Of a stretch of 64,000 nucleotides of DNA, positions 30,866 to 40,059 are shown one piece after another; position 1 is the first letter of the stretch; each line of letters begins with the position of its first letter. The stretch covers positions 64,521 to 128,520 of the forward strand of contig DATION010000006.1 in the NCBI GenBank assembly GCA_035473115.1, written 5' to 3'. Source of the stretch: Candidatus Udaeobacter sp. (GTDB taxonomy: Bacteria; Patescibacteriota; Patescibacteriia; Magasanikbacterales; GWA2-37-8). A program made the position numbers and the translations under genes. The notes under the pieces were generated by a model. The model was given only the letters and a program-made list of their open reading frames with translations. It did no database searches and was not told where the DNA came from.

Positions 30866-32083
30866 ATGCCGCAAGTAAAACCAGACATCGAAACTTTTGC
30901 CAAAATAAAAGTTATTGGTATTGGCGGATCAGGAGGATCGGCAGTCAACCGCATGGTCGGCGGACGAATTCGCGGAGTTGATTTTATTGCTATGAATACT
31001 GATGTTCAAGCTTTGCATCATAGCGCCGCTCCCCAAAAACTTCATATCGGCAAAAGTGTTACCCGAGGTTTGGGAGCAGGTATGGACCCGGAAGTAGGTA
31101 AAAAAGCGGCTGAAGAAAGTCAGAATGAAATCAGAGACATGGTGAAAGATGCCGACATGGTTTTTATTACTTGTGGTTTAGGCGGCGGCACCGGATCCGG
31201 AGCTTCACCGGTTGTAGCTGGTGTAGCCAAAGAAGCCGGAGCTTTAACAATTGCCGTTGTCACCAAGCCGTTTGCTTTTGAAGGTCCGCAAAGAAGAGAT
31301 ATTGCCGAGAAAGCTTGGGAACAACTGGCTCGCAATGTTGACGCGATTATTACCATTCCAAATGACCGAGTTCTGCAGATAGTCGATAAAAAAACAACGC
31401 TTTTAGAATCTTTTAAAATTGTTGACGATGTTTTGCGCCAGGGCGTGCAGGGTATTGCCGAATTAATTACTATTCCAGGACTAATCAATGTTGACTTTGC
31501 TGATGTCAAAACAATTATGCGTGATGCCGGTTCGGCTTTAATGGGCATTGGCATCGGTACCGGAGAAAATAAAGCTATTGATGCGGCCAAATCGGCCATC
31601 TCCAGTCCGTTGTTGGAGCTCTCAATTGACGGAGCCAGAGGCATCTTATTTACCGTTACTGGCGGTCCGGATATGACTATGAGTGAAGTAAGCGATGCTG
31701 CCAAGATAGTTACCAGTTCAGCCGCTGAAGATGCCAAAATAATTTTTGGTGCCACCATAGACGAGACTATGACTGGCAATATCCGTATTGCGGTTATCGC
31801 TACGGGTTTTGAGGAGCGTCGTCCTAGTCTGTCTGCTTCTGAAGACGAACAAACTGCCCAATCATTTTTTTCCGGCGGCAATAAGTATGTGCCGAGCAGC
31901 TTTATGAGAAAAGTGCAAAAAGATGAAGAGGAAGAAGAAAAAAAGTTTAAACAGATTATTTACAACAATAACACTTCTGCTCAAACACCAAAAAATCCGC
32001 CAGCTCAACCTGCTAAAGACAAGAGTAATGGTGATGAAGAATTGGAAATACCGGCTTTTATCAGAAAAAAAATGGGCATTTAA
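30866..32083 (+). CDS. ftsZ: Cell division protein FtsZ
   Basis: IKVIGIGGSGGSAVNRM, the GGGTGSG tubulin signature and NTDVQAL. Start chosen at MPQVKP 30866. The ORF track's 30701 start overlaps ftsA and a hairpin/promoter region. Confidence 0.9.
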   Translation: MPQVKPDIETFAKIKVIGIGGSGGSAVNRMVGGRIRGVDFIAMNTDVQALHHSAAPQKLHIGKSVTRGLGAGMDPEVGKKAAEESQNEIRDMVKDADMVFITCGLGGGTGSGASPVVAGVAKEAGALTIAVVTKPFAFEGPQRRDIAEKAWEQLARNVDAIITIPNDRVLQIVDKKTTLLESFKIVDDVLRQGVQGIAELITIPGLINVDFADVKTIMRDAGSALMGIGIGTGENKAIDAAKSAISSPLLELSIDGARGILFTVTGGPDMTMSEVSDAAKIVTSSAAEDAKIIFGATIDETMTGNIRIAVIATGFEERRPSLSASEDEQTAQSFFSGGNKYVPSSFMRKVQKDEEEEEKKFKQIIYNNNTSAQTPKNPPAQPAKDKSNGDEELEIPAFIRKKMGI

Positions 32084-32093
32084 ACATAAAAAA

Positions 32094-32130
32094 CAATCCC
32101 GCCTTTTGCGAAAGGCGGGATTGTTTTTTT
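32094..32130. terminator. Strong bidirectional intrinsic terminator after ftsZ
   Basis: CAATCCCGCCTTTTGCGAAAGGCGGGATTG perfect stem flanked by an A-run and a T7 run. Confidence 0.7.
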
Positions 32131-32179
32131 GCCTATTTATTGGTATAGTAGACTTGTTGATTTATAGTTTAAACTAATT

Positions 32180-32632
32180 ATGCGCTGTCCAGTTTGTAAT
32201 AATAAAGAAATTAGTGTGGTAGATACTCGTCCTTCAGAAGATGGGTTGTCTATTCGCCGTCGGCGCGAATGTGATAAGTGTCAGTACCGTTTTTCAACCG
32301 TTGAAGAAATGGAATTATTGGATGTAATTGTGGTAAAAACCGACGGCCATCGAGAAAGCTATATGCGCGACAAAATAGAGAGCGGTATAAAAATGGCTTT
32401 GACTAAACGTTCATATACCAGAGACAGCTTTCATCGTTTAATGCATTCCATTGAGCGCGATATCCAAAAAAAGAAGTCTAAAGAAATATCCAGCAAGGAA
32501 CTTGGTGAGATTGTTATTAAACATTTGCGCGGCTTTGATAAAGTAGCTTACATCAGATTTGCCAGTGTCTACCGAGATTTTAGAGATGTACGTACATTTG
32601 AAAAAGAACTAAAAAAATTAGCAACTAAATAA
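32180..32632 (+). CDS. nrdR: Transcriptional repressor NrdR
   Basis: MRCPVCNNKEISVVDTRPSEDGLSIRRRRECDKC zinc ribbon plus ATP-cone. Confidence 0.9.
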   Translation: MRCPVCNNKEISVVDTRPSEDGLSIRRRRECDKCQYRFSTVEEMELLDVIVVKTDGHRESYMRDKIESGIKMALTKRSYTRDSFHRLMHSIERDIQKKKSKEISSKELGEIVIKHLRGFDKVAYIRFASVYRDFRDVRTFEKELKKLATK

Positions 32633-32636
32633 ATTT

Positions 32637-33029
32637 ATGTTTAAACATAAACCAGCTGTTTTTGCCGAAACTGTTTCTGAAGGCAAAGCAGTGTCCAGCC
32701 AAGATGTAAAGCCGGAGCCAGACCTAAAAGAATTGATGGAAAAAAACCTAAAATGGTCTCAGATTATTTATGAGCAGAATCGTAAAATAAATAATAAGCT
32801 TTTATGGTCGGCGATCGCGGATTGGCTAAGACTTTTAGTGCTGGTTGTGCCGATAGTTTTGGCGTTTTTATTTCTGCCGCCATGGCTTAAAGGTTTTTGG
32901 TCTCGTTACGGGGATTTGTTAGTTAAAACTTCTGTTACTAGTACCAGACAAAATTCTTTGGAAAATTTATTAAAATTATTTAATTTAGACCCAGCTAAAC
33001 AGGAACAGCTAAAGACTTTGCTTAAATAG
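32637..33029 (+). CDS. Hypothetical membrane protein
   Basis: 130-aa ORF with one central TM segment. No motif recognised. Confidence 0.45.
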   Translation: MFKHKPAVFAETVSEGKAVSSQDVKPEPDLKELMEKNLKWSQIIYEQNRKINNKLLWSAIADWLRLLVLVVPIVLAFLFLPPWLKGFWSRYGDLLVKTSVTSTRQNSLENLLKLFNLDPAKQEQLKTLLK

Positions 33030-33072
33030 ACTCTTTTTAACGAACGGTTGTTCGGATAATTTTGTTAATGTT

Positions 33073-34512
33073 ATGTTCAAAAAAACAAAAATTTGCGCCA
33101 CTATTGGTCCGGCTTCTTCGGATTTGGCCACGCTTACCGATATGGTAAAAGCGGGGATGAATATTGCCAGACTAAATTTTTCTCACGGTGATTATTTAAG
33201 TCATGCAGAAATTATAAAAAATATCAGGCAAGTTGAAGCCATTACGGCAGAGCCGGTGGCTATCATGCAAGATTTGCAGGGGCCAAAAATAAGAGTGGGT
33301 GCTTTGCCCGAAGCTGGCGTGGCTATTAAAGTTGGCCAAGAGATAGTTTTTGATACTTCTTTAACCGAATATAAAGGCAAAGAGATCCCTTTGGATTATC
33401 CTGATCTGCATAAATTTATTGAACCTGAGCAAAGAATTTTAGTAGATGACGGTCATATTGAAGTAAGAGTAAAAAATGTGTCCGGCACAAAAATAATTGG
33501 TGAAGTTGTGGAAGGATCAACTATACTTTCGCACAAAGGATTAAATTTACCGGATAGTGATTTGAACATAGAAACTTTAAGCGAAAAAGATAAAAAAGAT
33601 TTAAAATTTGGCGTGGAGCAGGGGGTAGATTTAGTAGCCTTGTCTTTTGTGCGTTCGGCCAAAGATATGCTTGACCTTAGATTTTTAGTTAAACAATTTG
33701 AAACCGAGTTAGGCATAAAAAATGAGCAGCCCATACGTTTAATCGCCAAAATAGAAAGGCATGTGGCGGTAGACAATCTGGAAGAAATTCTGGATGTGGC
33801 CGATGGTATTATGGTGGCGCGCGGAGATTTAGGTCTAGAAATGCTAGCTGCCGAAGTCCCGTTAGTGCAGAAAAAAATGATTGATTCAGCTAATACTCAT
33901 GCCAAACCGGTAATTGTGGCTACCCAAATGCTTGATTCTATGCGCGAAAATAGACGTCCGACTCGCGCCGAGGTAAGCGATGTAGCTAATGCAGTTATTG
34001 ATCATGCTGATACCTTAATGCTGTCCAATGAAACAGCTACAGGCAAACATCCGGTTTTGGTGATAGAAACTATGGCTGATATTATTGCCAGTACCGAAAA
34101 ATCTCATTATGATGATACAGCTTTGCCTACAATTCACAAAAGCGGCGCCACCTCAGAAGTAGCTATTACCGAACTTTCCAGAATTTTAGCCGAAGAAGTA
34201 AAAGCCAAAATAATTTTGGCGGCTTCTATTTCCGGAGAGACAGGCCGGCTCATCAGCCATGTGCGTCCGCCTCTGCCAATACTAGTTGGTACTCGCAGTC
34301 AGAGAGTGCAAAGACAATTAAATTTGTCTTGGGGAGTGGTGCCGTTTATTTTGGAACCTTGCAACAGCATTGAAGAATTGGTAGAACGATCAATCGCCTA
34401 TATTAAAAAGAACAAAATCGCCAAAAATGGTGACCAGATGGTGGTAGTAGCGGGCGAGCCGGTCGGGCAGGCGGGGAATGTAAATTTGGTTGAGGTGCGA
34501 GAAATAAAATAA
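33073..34512 (+). CDS. pyk: Pyruvate kinase
   Basis: TKICATIGPASS, MNIARLNFSHGD and MVARGDLG motifs. Confidence 0.9.
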   Translation: MFKKTKICATIGPASSDLATLTDMVKAGMNIARLNFSHGDYLSHAEIIKNIRQVEAITAEPVAIMQDLQGPKIRVGALPEAGVAIKVGQEIVFDTSLTEYKGKEIPLDYPDLHKFIEPEQRILVDDGHIEVRVKNVSGTKIIGEVVEGSTILSHKGLNLPDSDLNIETLSEKDKKDLKFGVEQGVDLVALSFVRSAKDMLDLRFLVKQFETELGIKNEQPIRLIAKIERHVAVDNLEEILDVADGIMVARGDLGLEMLAAEVPLVQKKMIDSANTHAKPVIVATQMLDSMRENRRPTRAEVSDVANAVIDHADTLMLSNETATGKHPVLVIETMADIIASTEKSHYDDTALPTIHKSGATSEVAITELSRILAEEVKAKIILAASISGETGRLISHVRPPLPILVGTRSQRVQRQLNLSWGVVPFILEPCNSIEELVERSIAYIKKNKIAKNGDQMVVVAGEPVGQAGNVNLVEVREIK

Positions 34513-34516
34513 GCCT

Positions 34517-35284
34517 ATGGATAAAAGTAAATTTTTAGAAGTTGCAATTGAAGCTGCAAAAAATGCAGAAAAAATTATCATGAAGCATTATTCTAATGAT
34601 TTAACTTGGCAAACAAAACCAGATTTTTCTCCGGTAAGTATAGCAGATACTGAAGCTGAAAAAGTTATTATCAAAACAATCAAAGAGTACTTTCCCGACC
34701 ATAGTTTTCTCGGTGAAGAGTATGGAAGCGATAATATATCTTCAAAGTACCAATGGGTTATTGATCCAATTGATGGAACCAGAAATTATGTCCGTAAGAT
34801 TCCTTTGTTTGCAACGCAGATTGCTTTGATAGAAAACGGAGAAATAATTTTGGGAGTCTCAAACGCGCCGGCAATGAATGAAATTATTTTTGCTGAAAAG
34901 GGGAAAGGTGCATTTTTAAATGGGTCAAAAATTAGTGTTTCAGAGGTTAAAAATTTATCCGAATCGTATGTTAGTTTTGGTGGAGTAAAACATTTTAAAA
35001 ATTACGGTTATTTGCAATGTCTTTTAAAGCTTGCTGAAAGTACAGGTGGGCAGCGAGGGTTTGGTGATGCCTGGAGCTTTCATTTATTGGCTCAAGGCAA
35101 AATTGATATTATTGTTGAAGCTAAGATAAAAATATGGGATATTGCCGCTTTAGTAATTATAATAGAAGAAGCTGGAGGCAAGGTGACAGATATTAATGGT
35201 AATAAAATAACAGTAAGCAGTACTTCAATAATTGCTACCAATAACTATCTGTATAATTCAGTTTTAGAAATTTTTAAGAAATAA
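34517..35284 (+). CDS. Inositol monophosphatase family protein (SuhB-like)
   Basis: WVIDPIDGTRNY and FLGEE motifs. Confidence 0.85.
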   Translation: MDKSKFLEVAIEAAKNAEKIIMKHYSNDLTWQTKPDFSPVSIADTEAEKVIIKTIKEYFPDHSFLGEEYGSDNISSKYQWVIDPIDGTRNYVRKIPLFATQIALIENGEIILGVSNAPAMNEIIFAEKGKGAFLNGSKISVSEVKNLSESYVSFGGVKHFKNYGYLQCLLKLAESTGGQRGFGDAWSFHLLAQGKIDIIVEAKIKIWDIAALVIIIEEAGGKVTDINGNKITVSSTSIIATNNYLYNSVLEIFKK

Positions 35285-35285
35285 A

Positions 35286-35320
35286 AACAAAAAAGACAGC
35301 CAGTTTGGCAGTCTTTTTTG
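35286..35320. terminator. Bidirectional terminator between convergent IMPase and glyA
   Basis: AGACAGCC-agttt-GGCAGTCT with an A-run before and a T-run after. Confidence 0.5.
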
Positions 35321-35328
35321 TTTAGATT

Positions 35329-36576
35329 TTATTTTAACGTTGGGTAAAGCGGAAATTTTTTGGTTAATTCAATTACCTCCTGTCTAATATTGGCCAATTT
35401 ATTTTCATCCTGCCAATTAGTAATCGCTTCATCTATCCAGCCGGCAATTATTTTCATTTCTGTTTCTTTCATGCCACGAGTGGTCAGGGCTGGTGTGCCC
35501 AAACGAATACCAGATGGATCCATAGGCGAGCGTGGATCATCGGGAATCATATTTTTGTTTACAGTAATGCCAGCTTTATCCAAGGCAATTTGTGCTTCCT
35601 TACCAGAAACGCCTTTTGGAGTTACATCTATAAGCAGTAAATGATTATCTGAACCACCAAAACATAATTTATAGCCAAGTTGGTTGAATTCTGTTTCCAG
35701 AACTTTTGTATTCTTTTTTATCTGTTTAACATATTCTTTAAATTCCGGTTCCATCGCTTCTTTAAAAGCGATAGCTTTGGCGGCAATGTTATTTTCGTGG
35801 GGGCCGCCTTGAAATCCAGGGAAAACAGATTTATCTATATCTTTAGCAAATTTTTCTTTACACATAATCATGCCGCCGCGGGGGCCGCGCAGAGTTTTAT
35901 GAGTAGTGGTAGTGACAATATCAAAGATTGGTACCGGGTTATTCATTTCGCCGCCAGCGATCAGTCCGGCAATATGGGCAATGTCAGCCATAGTAATAGC
36001 GCCCACTTCATCAGCAATCGCTTTTATTTTTTCGTATTCAATTTCTCTTGAATACGCAGAGTAGCCGACCAAAATTATTTTTGGTTTATGTTCCAAAGCC
36101 ATTTGGCGCAAATTATCTAAATCAATTAGGCCTTCAGCATTGGTCTTGTAGCGGACAAAGTTGTAGATTTTGGCCATGTAAGTTACCGGATGGCCGTGAG
36201 TAAGATGGCCGCCATGAGATAAGTCCATGCCTAAAACGGTATCGCCAGGTTTGAGCAAAGCAAAATAAACTGCCACGTTAGCCGGAGCGCCAGAAAGAGG
36301 TTGGACATTTACATGTTCCGCGCCAAAAATTTGTTTAGCTCGGTCTATGGCTAATTGTTCAACTTCATCGATAAATTCACAACCGCCATAGTATCTTTTT
36401 CCCGGGTAGCCTTCGGAGTATTTATTTGTCAAAACTGAACCGAGAGCTTCCAGCACAGCAGGGGAGACAAAATTTTCGGAAGGGATCATTTCCAGTCCTT
36501 CTTCTTGGCGTTTTTGTTCGCGTTTGATGCTTTGGTAAATATCAGAATCAAAATCTTTTAAGTTTTGAGTGTGCAT
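35329..36576 (-). CDS. glyA: Serine hydroxymethyltransferase
   Basis: [35 protein letters not shown], and the PLP-lysine region [10 protein letters not shown]. Confidence 0.95.
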   Translation of the reverse strand: MHTQNLKDFDSDIYQSIKREQKRQEEGLEMIPSENFVSPAVLEALGSVLTNKYSEGYPGKRYYGGCEFIDEVEQLAIDRAKQIFGAEHVNVQPLSGAPANVAVYFALLKPGDTVLGMDLSHGGHLTHGHPVTYMAKIYNFVRYKTNAEGLIDLDNLRQMALEHKPKIILVGYSAYSREIEYEKIKAIADEVGAITMADIAHIAGLIAGGEMNNPVPIFDIVTTTTHKTLRGPRGGMIMCKEKFAKDIDKSVFPGFQGGPHENNIAAKAIAFKEAMEPEFKEYVKQIKKNTKVLETEFNQLGYKLCFGGSDNHLLLIDVTPKGVSGKEAQIALDKAGITVNKNMIPDDPRSPMDPSGIRLGTPALTTRGMKETEMKIIAGWIDEAITNWQDENKLANIRQEVIELTKKFPLYPTLK

Positions 36577-36618
36577 AAAAATAAATAAAAAGTTAGGTCG
36601 GTTTATTAAAATAAAAGT

Positions 36619-37005
36619 TTAGAGAGATCTAATTAGATCATATACATTTTGCGCGCAGTTATCAGGTAAATTATTTATATCATGCCAAGCCCAATCCACA
36701 GTATCTTTTCCTGGTTTTATTTCTCCGATTCTTTTTGCTAAATAGTGAATAAGAATAATGACTCGGCCATTTTGGTGCAACATTATTGGTTTGAGTGGTT
36801 TTATTATTTCTATTTTTATGCCCATTTCTTCGCCAACTTCACGGTGGCAGGCGTCTTCTAAGCTTTTATCAAACTCTTCTACTTCGCCGCCAGGGAACAT
36901 CCATGGTGTAATGCCGCCTTGTTTTTGTTCGCGGTTAAGCAAAACTTTGTTATCTTCTATTATAACCGGCCCGGAAGCAATAATGGAATTTAGTGGTAGC
37001 TGCAT
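36619..37005 (-). CDS. NUDIX hydrolase
   Basis: Nudix box GGEVEEFDKSLEDACHREVGEEMGI. Confidence 0.8.
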   Translation of the reverse strand: MQLPLNSIIASGPVIIEDNKVLLNREQKQGGITPWMFPGGEVEEFDKSLEDACHREVGEEMGIKIEIIKPLKPIMLHQNGRVIILIHYLAKRIGEIKPGKDTVDWAWHDINNLPDNCAQNVYDLIRSL

Positions 37006-37018
37006 ACTATTTATAGTA

Positions 37019-38704
37019 CTATTTTTTCAAATTCTTTACCATATAGGTATTTTCCAGCTTATAGCCGAATTTTTTGTAGTATTCCCGGACGCCTACGCCA
37101 GAAATAACAGCCAGTTGATAGGCTTTATTTTGGCGGCAAATTTTTTCGGCTTCCGCAATCAGTTTTCTGCCCATGCCAATATGCTGGCTGGCGCCTTTAG
37201 ATTTTTTGCCAATATTAATCAACTGTCCGTAAGTATGCAGTTCGCGAATAAAAGCTGGATAGCCCATTTTATCCAAAGCAGCGGCGCTAATACCTTCACT
37301 CGGCAAGCCTTTATATTGGATTATTTTTTCTTTAGTTTTATCTTTTGTTAAAACACGCAAACGGCAAAAAGCATAGACAATATCACGGTTTTTATCTTCA
37401 AAACTCAAAAAGTATTCTTTACCGCCGCTAGCTTCGTATTCATCCACAAATAGTTTTGGTTTATGATTAAAACCTTCCTCAAAATGTTGATGGCCAACTT
37501 CTCGGCAGCGCAAACAATTGCATTTTAGGCCTTCTTTTTTCATTTCGTCCTGGATTACTTGGCGTAAATTGGTCATGGTGTTGCCGGCTTGGATATGATG
37601 GCCGGGAATGTCGCGAATCAAACGAGAGATGCGGACATATCTTGGCACCTTGGCTTTAAATTTTTTAAGTATGTTTATCAATTCGCGGTCTGAATAAGTT
37701 TTGTATTCACCTCGTTTTAGCCAATCATAAAGTTCGGAAGTTTTAATAACTGTACAGGGGTAAATTTTAATCATGTCTGGGCGGTACTGGGGTTCGTCAA
37801 AAATTTCCAGCATCATTTTTAAATCTGTTTTGGGGGTGGCTCCAGGCAGCTGAGGCATTAAATGAAAGTCTACTTTAAATCCATAATCTTTCAGCATACG
37901 AGTAGCTTGTTTGACTGCGCCAACACCATGGCCGCGCTTAGTTATCTGGAGAATTTTTTCGTTAGTGTGCTGTACGCCCAGTTCTAGTCTGGTTGTGCCC
38001 ATTTCGCGCATAGCGGCAATTGTACCTTTGTTGATAAAATCGGGTCGAGTTTCGATAGTTAAACCAATGATACGATGCTTAGCTGTTTCATTTCTTTTTT
38101 GAATTTTAAAGCTAAGTTTACGCAGTTCATCCAAAGGAAGCATTTCATCAACTTGGCTATTTTCAAATTTGGCATTATTGCAAGCTTCAAAACATCTGGC
38201 AATAAACCAGTATTGGTATTTAATCGGATAAGAATTCCAAGTGCCACCTTTGATAATTAATTCCACTTTATCAGTTGGGTGGCCATTGTTTTTTAAAGCC
38301 AGCAATCGTTGGAAAACTTGTTGGTAGGGATCAAAAGCTAAGCCTAAAGCGCGAGCTGCCGCTGGTTCATCAGCCAGGTAACTTTTTGGCATACGGGCTT
38401 CGGTCGGGCAATAAATACATTTGCCAGGGCAGGGAAATGGTTTGGTCAGAACAGTTATTATGCTGACGCCGGACAAGCTGCGCACTGCTCGGCGCATAAG
38501 TATTTTTTCTAAAGCTGGACTTTTTTTAATCTTGTGCTGCTTGAGTAATTTATGATATGATTTGAGCAGTTCAGGCTTGGTGGGAATGTTTGTTTGATGA
38601 TTTTTTTCTTGACGTAAAATATTTCTTAAGGTATCGCCAAAATCTCCCGCTGTTTGCGGAAGATTAGCCAAAAGCTGCTTGATCATTGAATCAGTAATAG
38701 ACAT
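37019..38704 (-). CDS. Elp3-family radical SAM + GNAT acetyltransferase (tRNA wobble uridine cm5U-type modification enzyme homolog)
   Basis: CPGKCIYCP radical-SAM cluster motif in Elp3 context. C-terminal GNAT motif QHIGMGRKLIAEAE. 561 aa matches Elp3 size. Confidence 0.8.
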   Translation of the reverse strand: MSITDSMIKQLLANLPQTAGDFGDTLRNILRQEKNHQTNIPTKPELLKSYHKLLKQHKIKKSPALEKILMRRAVRSLSGVSIITVLTKPFPCPGKCIYCPTEARMPKSYLADEPAAARALGLAFDPYQQVFQRLLALKNNGHPTDKVELIIKGGTWNSYPIKYQYWFIARCFEACNNAKFENSQVDEMLPLDELRKLSFKIQKRNETAKHRIIGLTIETRPDFINKGTIAAMREMGTTRLELGVQHTNEKILQITKRGHGVGAVKQATRMLKDYGFKVDFHLMPQLPGATPKTDLKMMLEIFDEPQYRPDMIKIYPCTVIKTSELYDWLKRGEYKTYSDRELINILKKFKAKVPRYVRISRLIRDIPGHHIQAGNTMTNLRQVIQDEMKKEGLKCNCLRCREVGHQHFEEGFNHKPKLFVDEYEASGGKEYFLSFEDKNRDIVYAFCRLRVLTKDKTKEKIIQYKGLPSEGISAAALDKMGYPAFIRELHTYGQLINIGKKSKGASQHIGMGRKLIAEAEKICRQNKAYQLAVISGVGVREYYKKFGYKLENTYMVKNLKK

Positions 38705-38707
38705 ATT

Positions 38708-39421
38708 ATGCTAGGCAAAGATACAGCTGAGATTATACATAAAACCCGGGAAGATTACAACCGGATAGCCAAACATTTTTCTGTTACTAGAGAATATGCT
38801 TGGCCGGAGTTTAAATATTTTAGCAGCTTTATAAAAGATGGCCAAAATATTCTAGATTGGGGTTGCGGCAACGGACGAATGGTTTTTTGTTTGCAAGGTA
38901 AAAAAGTAAAGTATTACGGCCTAGATCAAAGCAGCGGATTGATTAAAATAGCCAGAAAAAAGTTTGCCAATGAGGTAAAAAACGGGGTCGTAAATTTTGT
39001 TTGTACAGGATCACGAGATAAAAAATTTCCGGCAAGTTTTTTTGATCTGGTATTTATAATTGCTGCTTTATTTCATCTCCCTGATGAGCAAAGCCGGTTG
39101 GCACTTTTGCAGAAAATTCATAAAGAAATGAAGGTTGGTGGTCAACTGGTGGTAATGGTTTGGAACTTAGCTAGCGACTGGGCCAAAGTAAAAGCCAAAA
39201 AAAGCTGGGAAAAAATAGGGGAGAATGACTTTTTGATTCCTTGGAAAAATCCCGAAGGTGAAGTATTGGCCGAAAGATACTATCATCACTTTACTCCACA
39301 GGAGTTAAAAAACTTATTGGTTAAAGCCGGGTTTAAAGTAAAAAAATTAAAGTTTATGAAAAACGGCACTTGGACAGATGATAAGGGTGGCCAAAATTTA
39401 ATCGCGGTAGCTGTTAAATAA
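38708..39421 (+). CDS. Class I SAM-dependent methyltransferase (Trm9-like candidate)
   Basis: ILDWGCGNGRMVF (motif I) and DLVFIIAALFHL (post-II). Divergent from elp3 with a 3-bp gap. Confidence 0.75.
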   Translation: MLGKDTAEIIHKTREDYNRIAKHFSVTREYAWPEFKYFSSFIKDGQNILDWGCGNGRMVFCLQGKKVKYYGLDQSSGLIKIARKKFANEVKNGVVNFVCTGSRDKKFPASFFDLVFIIAALFHLPDEQSRLALLQKIHKEMKVGGQLVVMVWNLASDWAKVKAKKSWEKIGENDFLIPWKNPEGEVLAERYYHHFTPQELKNLLVKAGFKVKKLKFMKNGTWTDDKGGQNLIAVAVK

Positions 39422-39445
39422 AAGGTAGTCTTTGTAAATTTAAAA

Positions 39446-39481
39446 CCCGTCGCCTGACTGGGAATTAGTCTTGGCGACGGG
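39446..39481 (-). terminator. Rho-independent terminator, minus-strand orientation
   Basis: CCCGTCGCC...GGCGACGGG stem. On the minus strand it is followed by GUUUUAAAUUU. On the plus strand there is no U-run. Confidence 0.5.
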
Positions 39482-39526
39482 GGACAGAAGAGCCGTTTGT
39501 TTCGTGGTAGGGAAGCGCTAGCAGGC

Positions 39527-39955
39527 TTAGGATACAATTTGTAACCGTACTAGACAGAAAGTCGCGCTCCATAGCAGTTCTTCTGGTAACTTCATGTGGC
39601 ACCACCAAGGATTTGATTCTTGGTAGTTCATTGCTCGGATGAGCCCATCGTTGCTCCATAAAGGAAAAATAAAGCTAAATGGTTGGAGATCTTCGGGAAT
39701 TTGATCTCTATGCCGGAAAAGGAGCTGGCCGCTTCCTCGTCCCATATCCGCGCTAACCGCTCTTCCACGATTGATCAGTGTTTCCGTGCTGATGGCGCGT
39801 TCGGTTTTGGCATGGGCGTCATAGACGTCACATGTTATTGCCACGCCATCCGGTGTCCTGAGAAGGAAGCTTGCGAAGATCCTTGGAATGGCAATCGGGG
39901 GAATAGTTGGCAAGGGCGGTTTTTTTTGAGTTCGGACAGCTTTGCTTGTTTGCAT
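39527..39955 (-). CDS. Hypothetical protein on a second GC-rich island (coding status uncertain)
   Basis: GGAGGA lies 6 nt before the ATG on the minus strand, and the terminator above lies after the stop. The island is GC-rich enough that ORFs are open in several frames. Plus ORF 39683-40015 is the alternative. Confidence 0.3.
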   Translation of the reverse strand: MQTSKAVRTQKKPPLPTIPPIAIPRIFASFLLRTPDGVAITCDVYDAHAKTERAISTETLINRGRAVSADMGRGSGQLLFRHRDQIPEDLQPFSFIFPLWSNDGLIRAMNYQESNPWWCHMKLPEELLWSATFCLVRLQIVS

Positions 39956-40059
39956 GACGGATTTCCTCCGGTTGTTAAAAACAATTGTGCCGAAGCTGTA
40001 ATAGTTGTATCATAAAAGGTAATCTTGTCAAAGGTTTAAAGTTTTAATGTTTTTGTTTT

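Noticed and set aside
31120-31881. 253-aa minus-strand ORF inside ftsZ
   Set aside because: Antisense shadow ORF in a GC-richer conserved gene. Low-complexity A/S/P-rich translation.
35360-36051. Plus-strand ORFs (94 and 123 aa) inside glyA, and 36758-37351 spanning NUDIX/elp3
   Set aside because: Antisense shadow ORFs overlapping well-supported genes. Compositionally odd translations.
39556-39580. Plus-strand GAAAGTCGCGCTCCATAGCAG resembling the RNase P RNA P4/CR-I block
   Set aside because: Could not find the other universal RNase P blocks (GGUGAAA/GGUAAGAG CR-II, ACAGAAnCCGGCUUA CR-V) or a convincing P4 3' partner. The opposite strand has an SD-ATG ORF with a correctly oriented terminator. 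Left as an open alternative under the GC-island finding.
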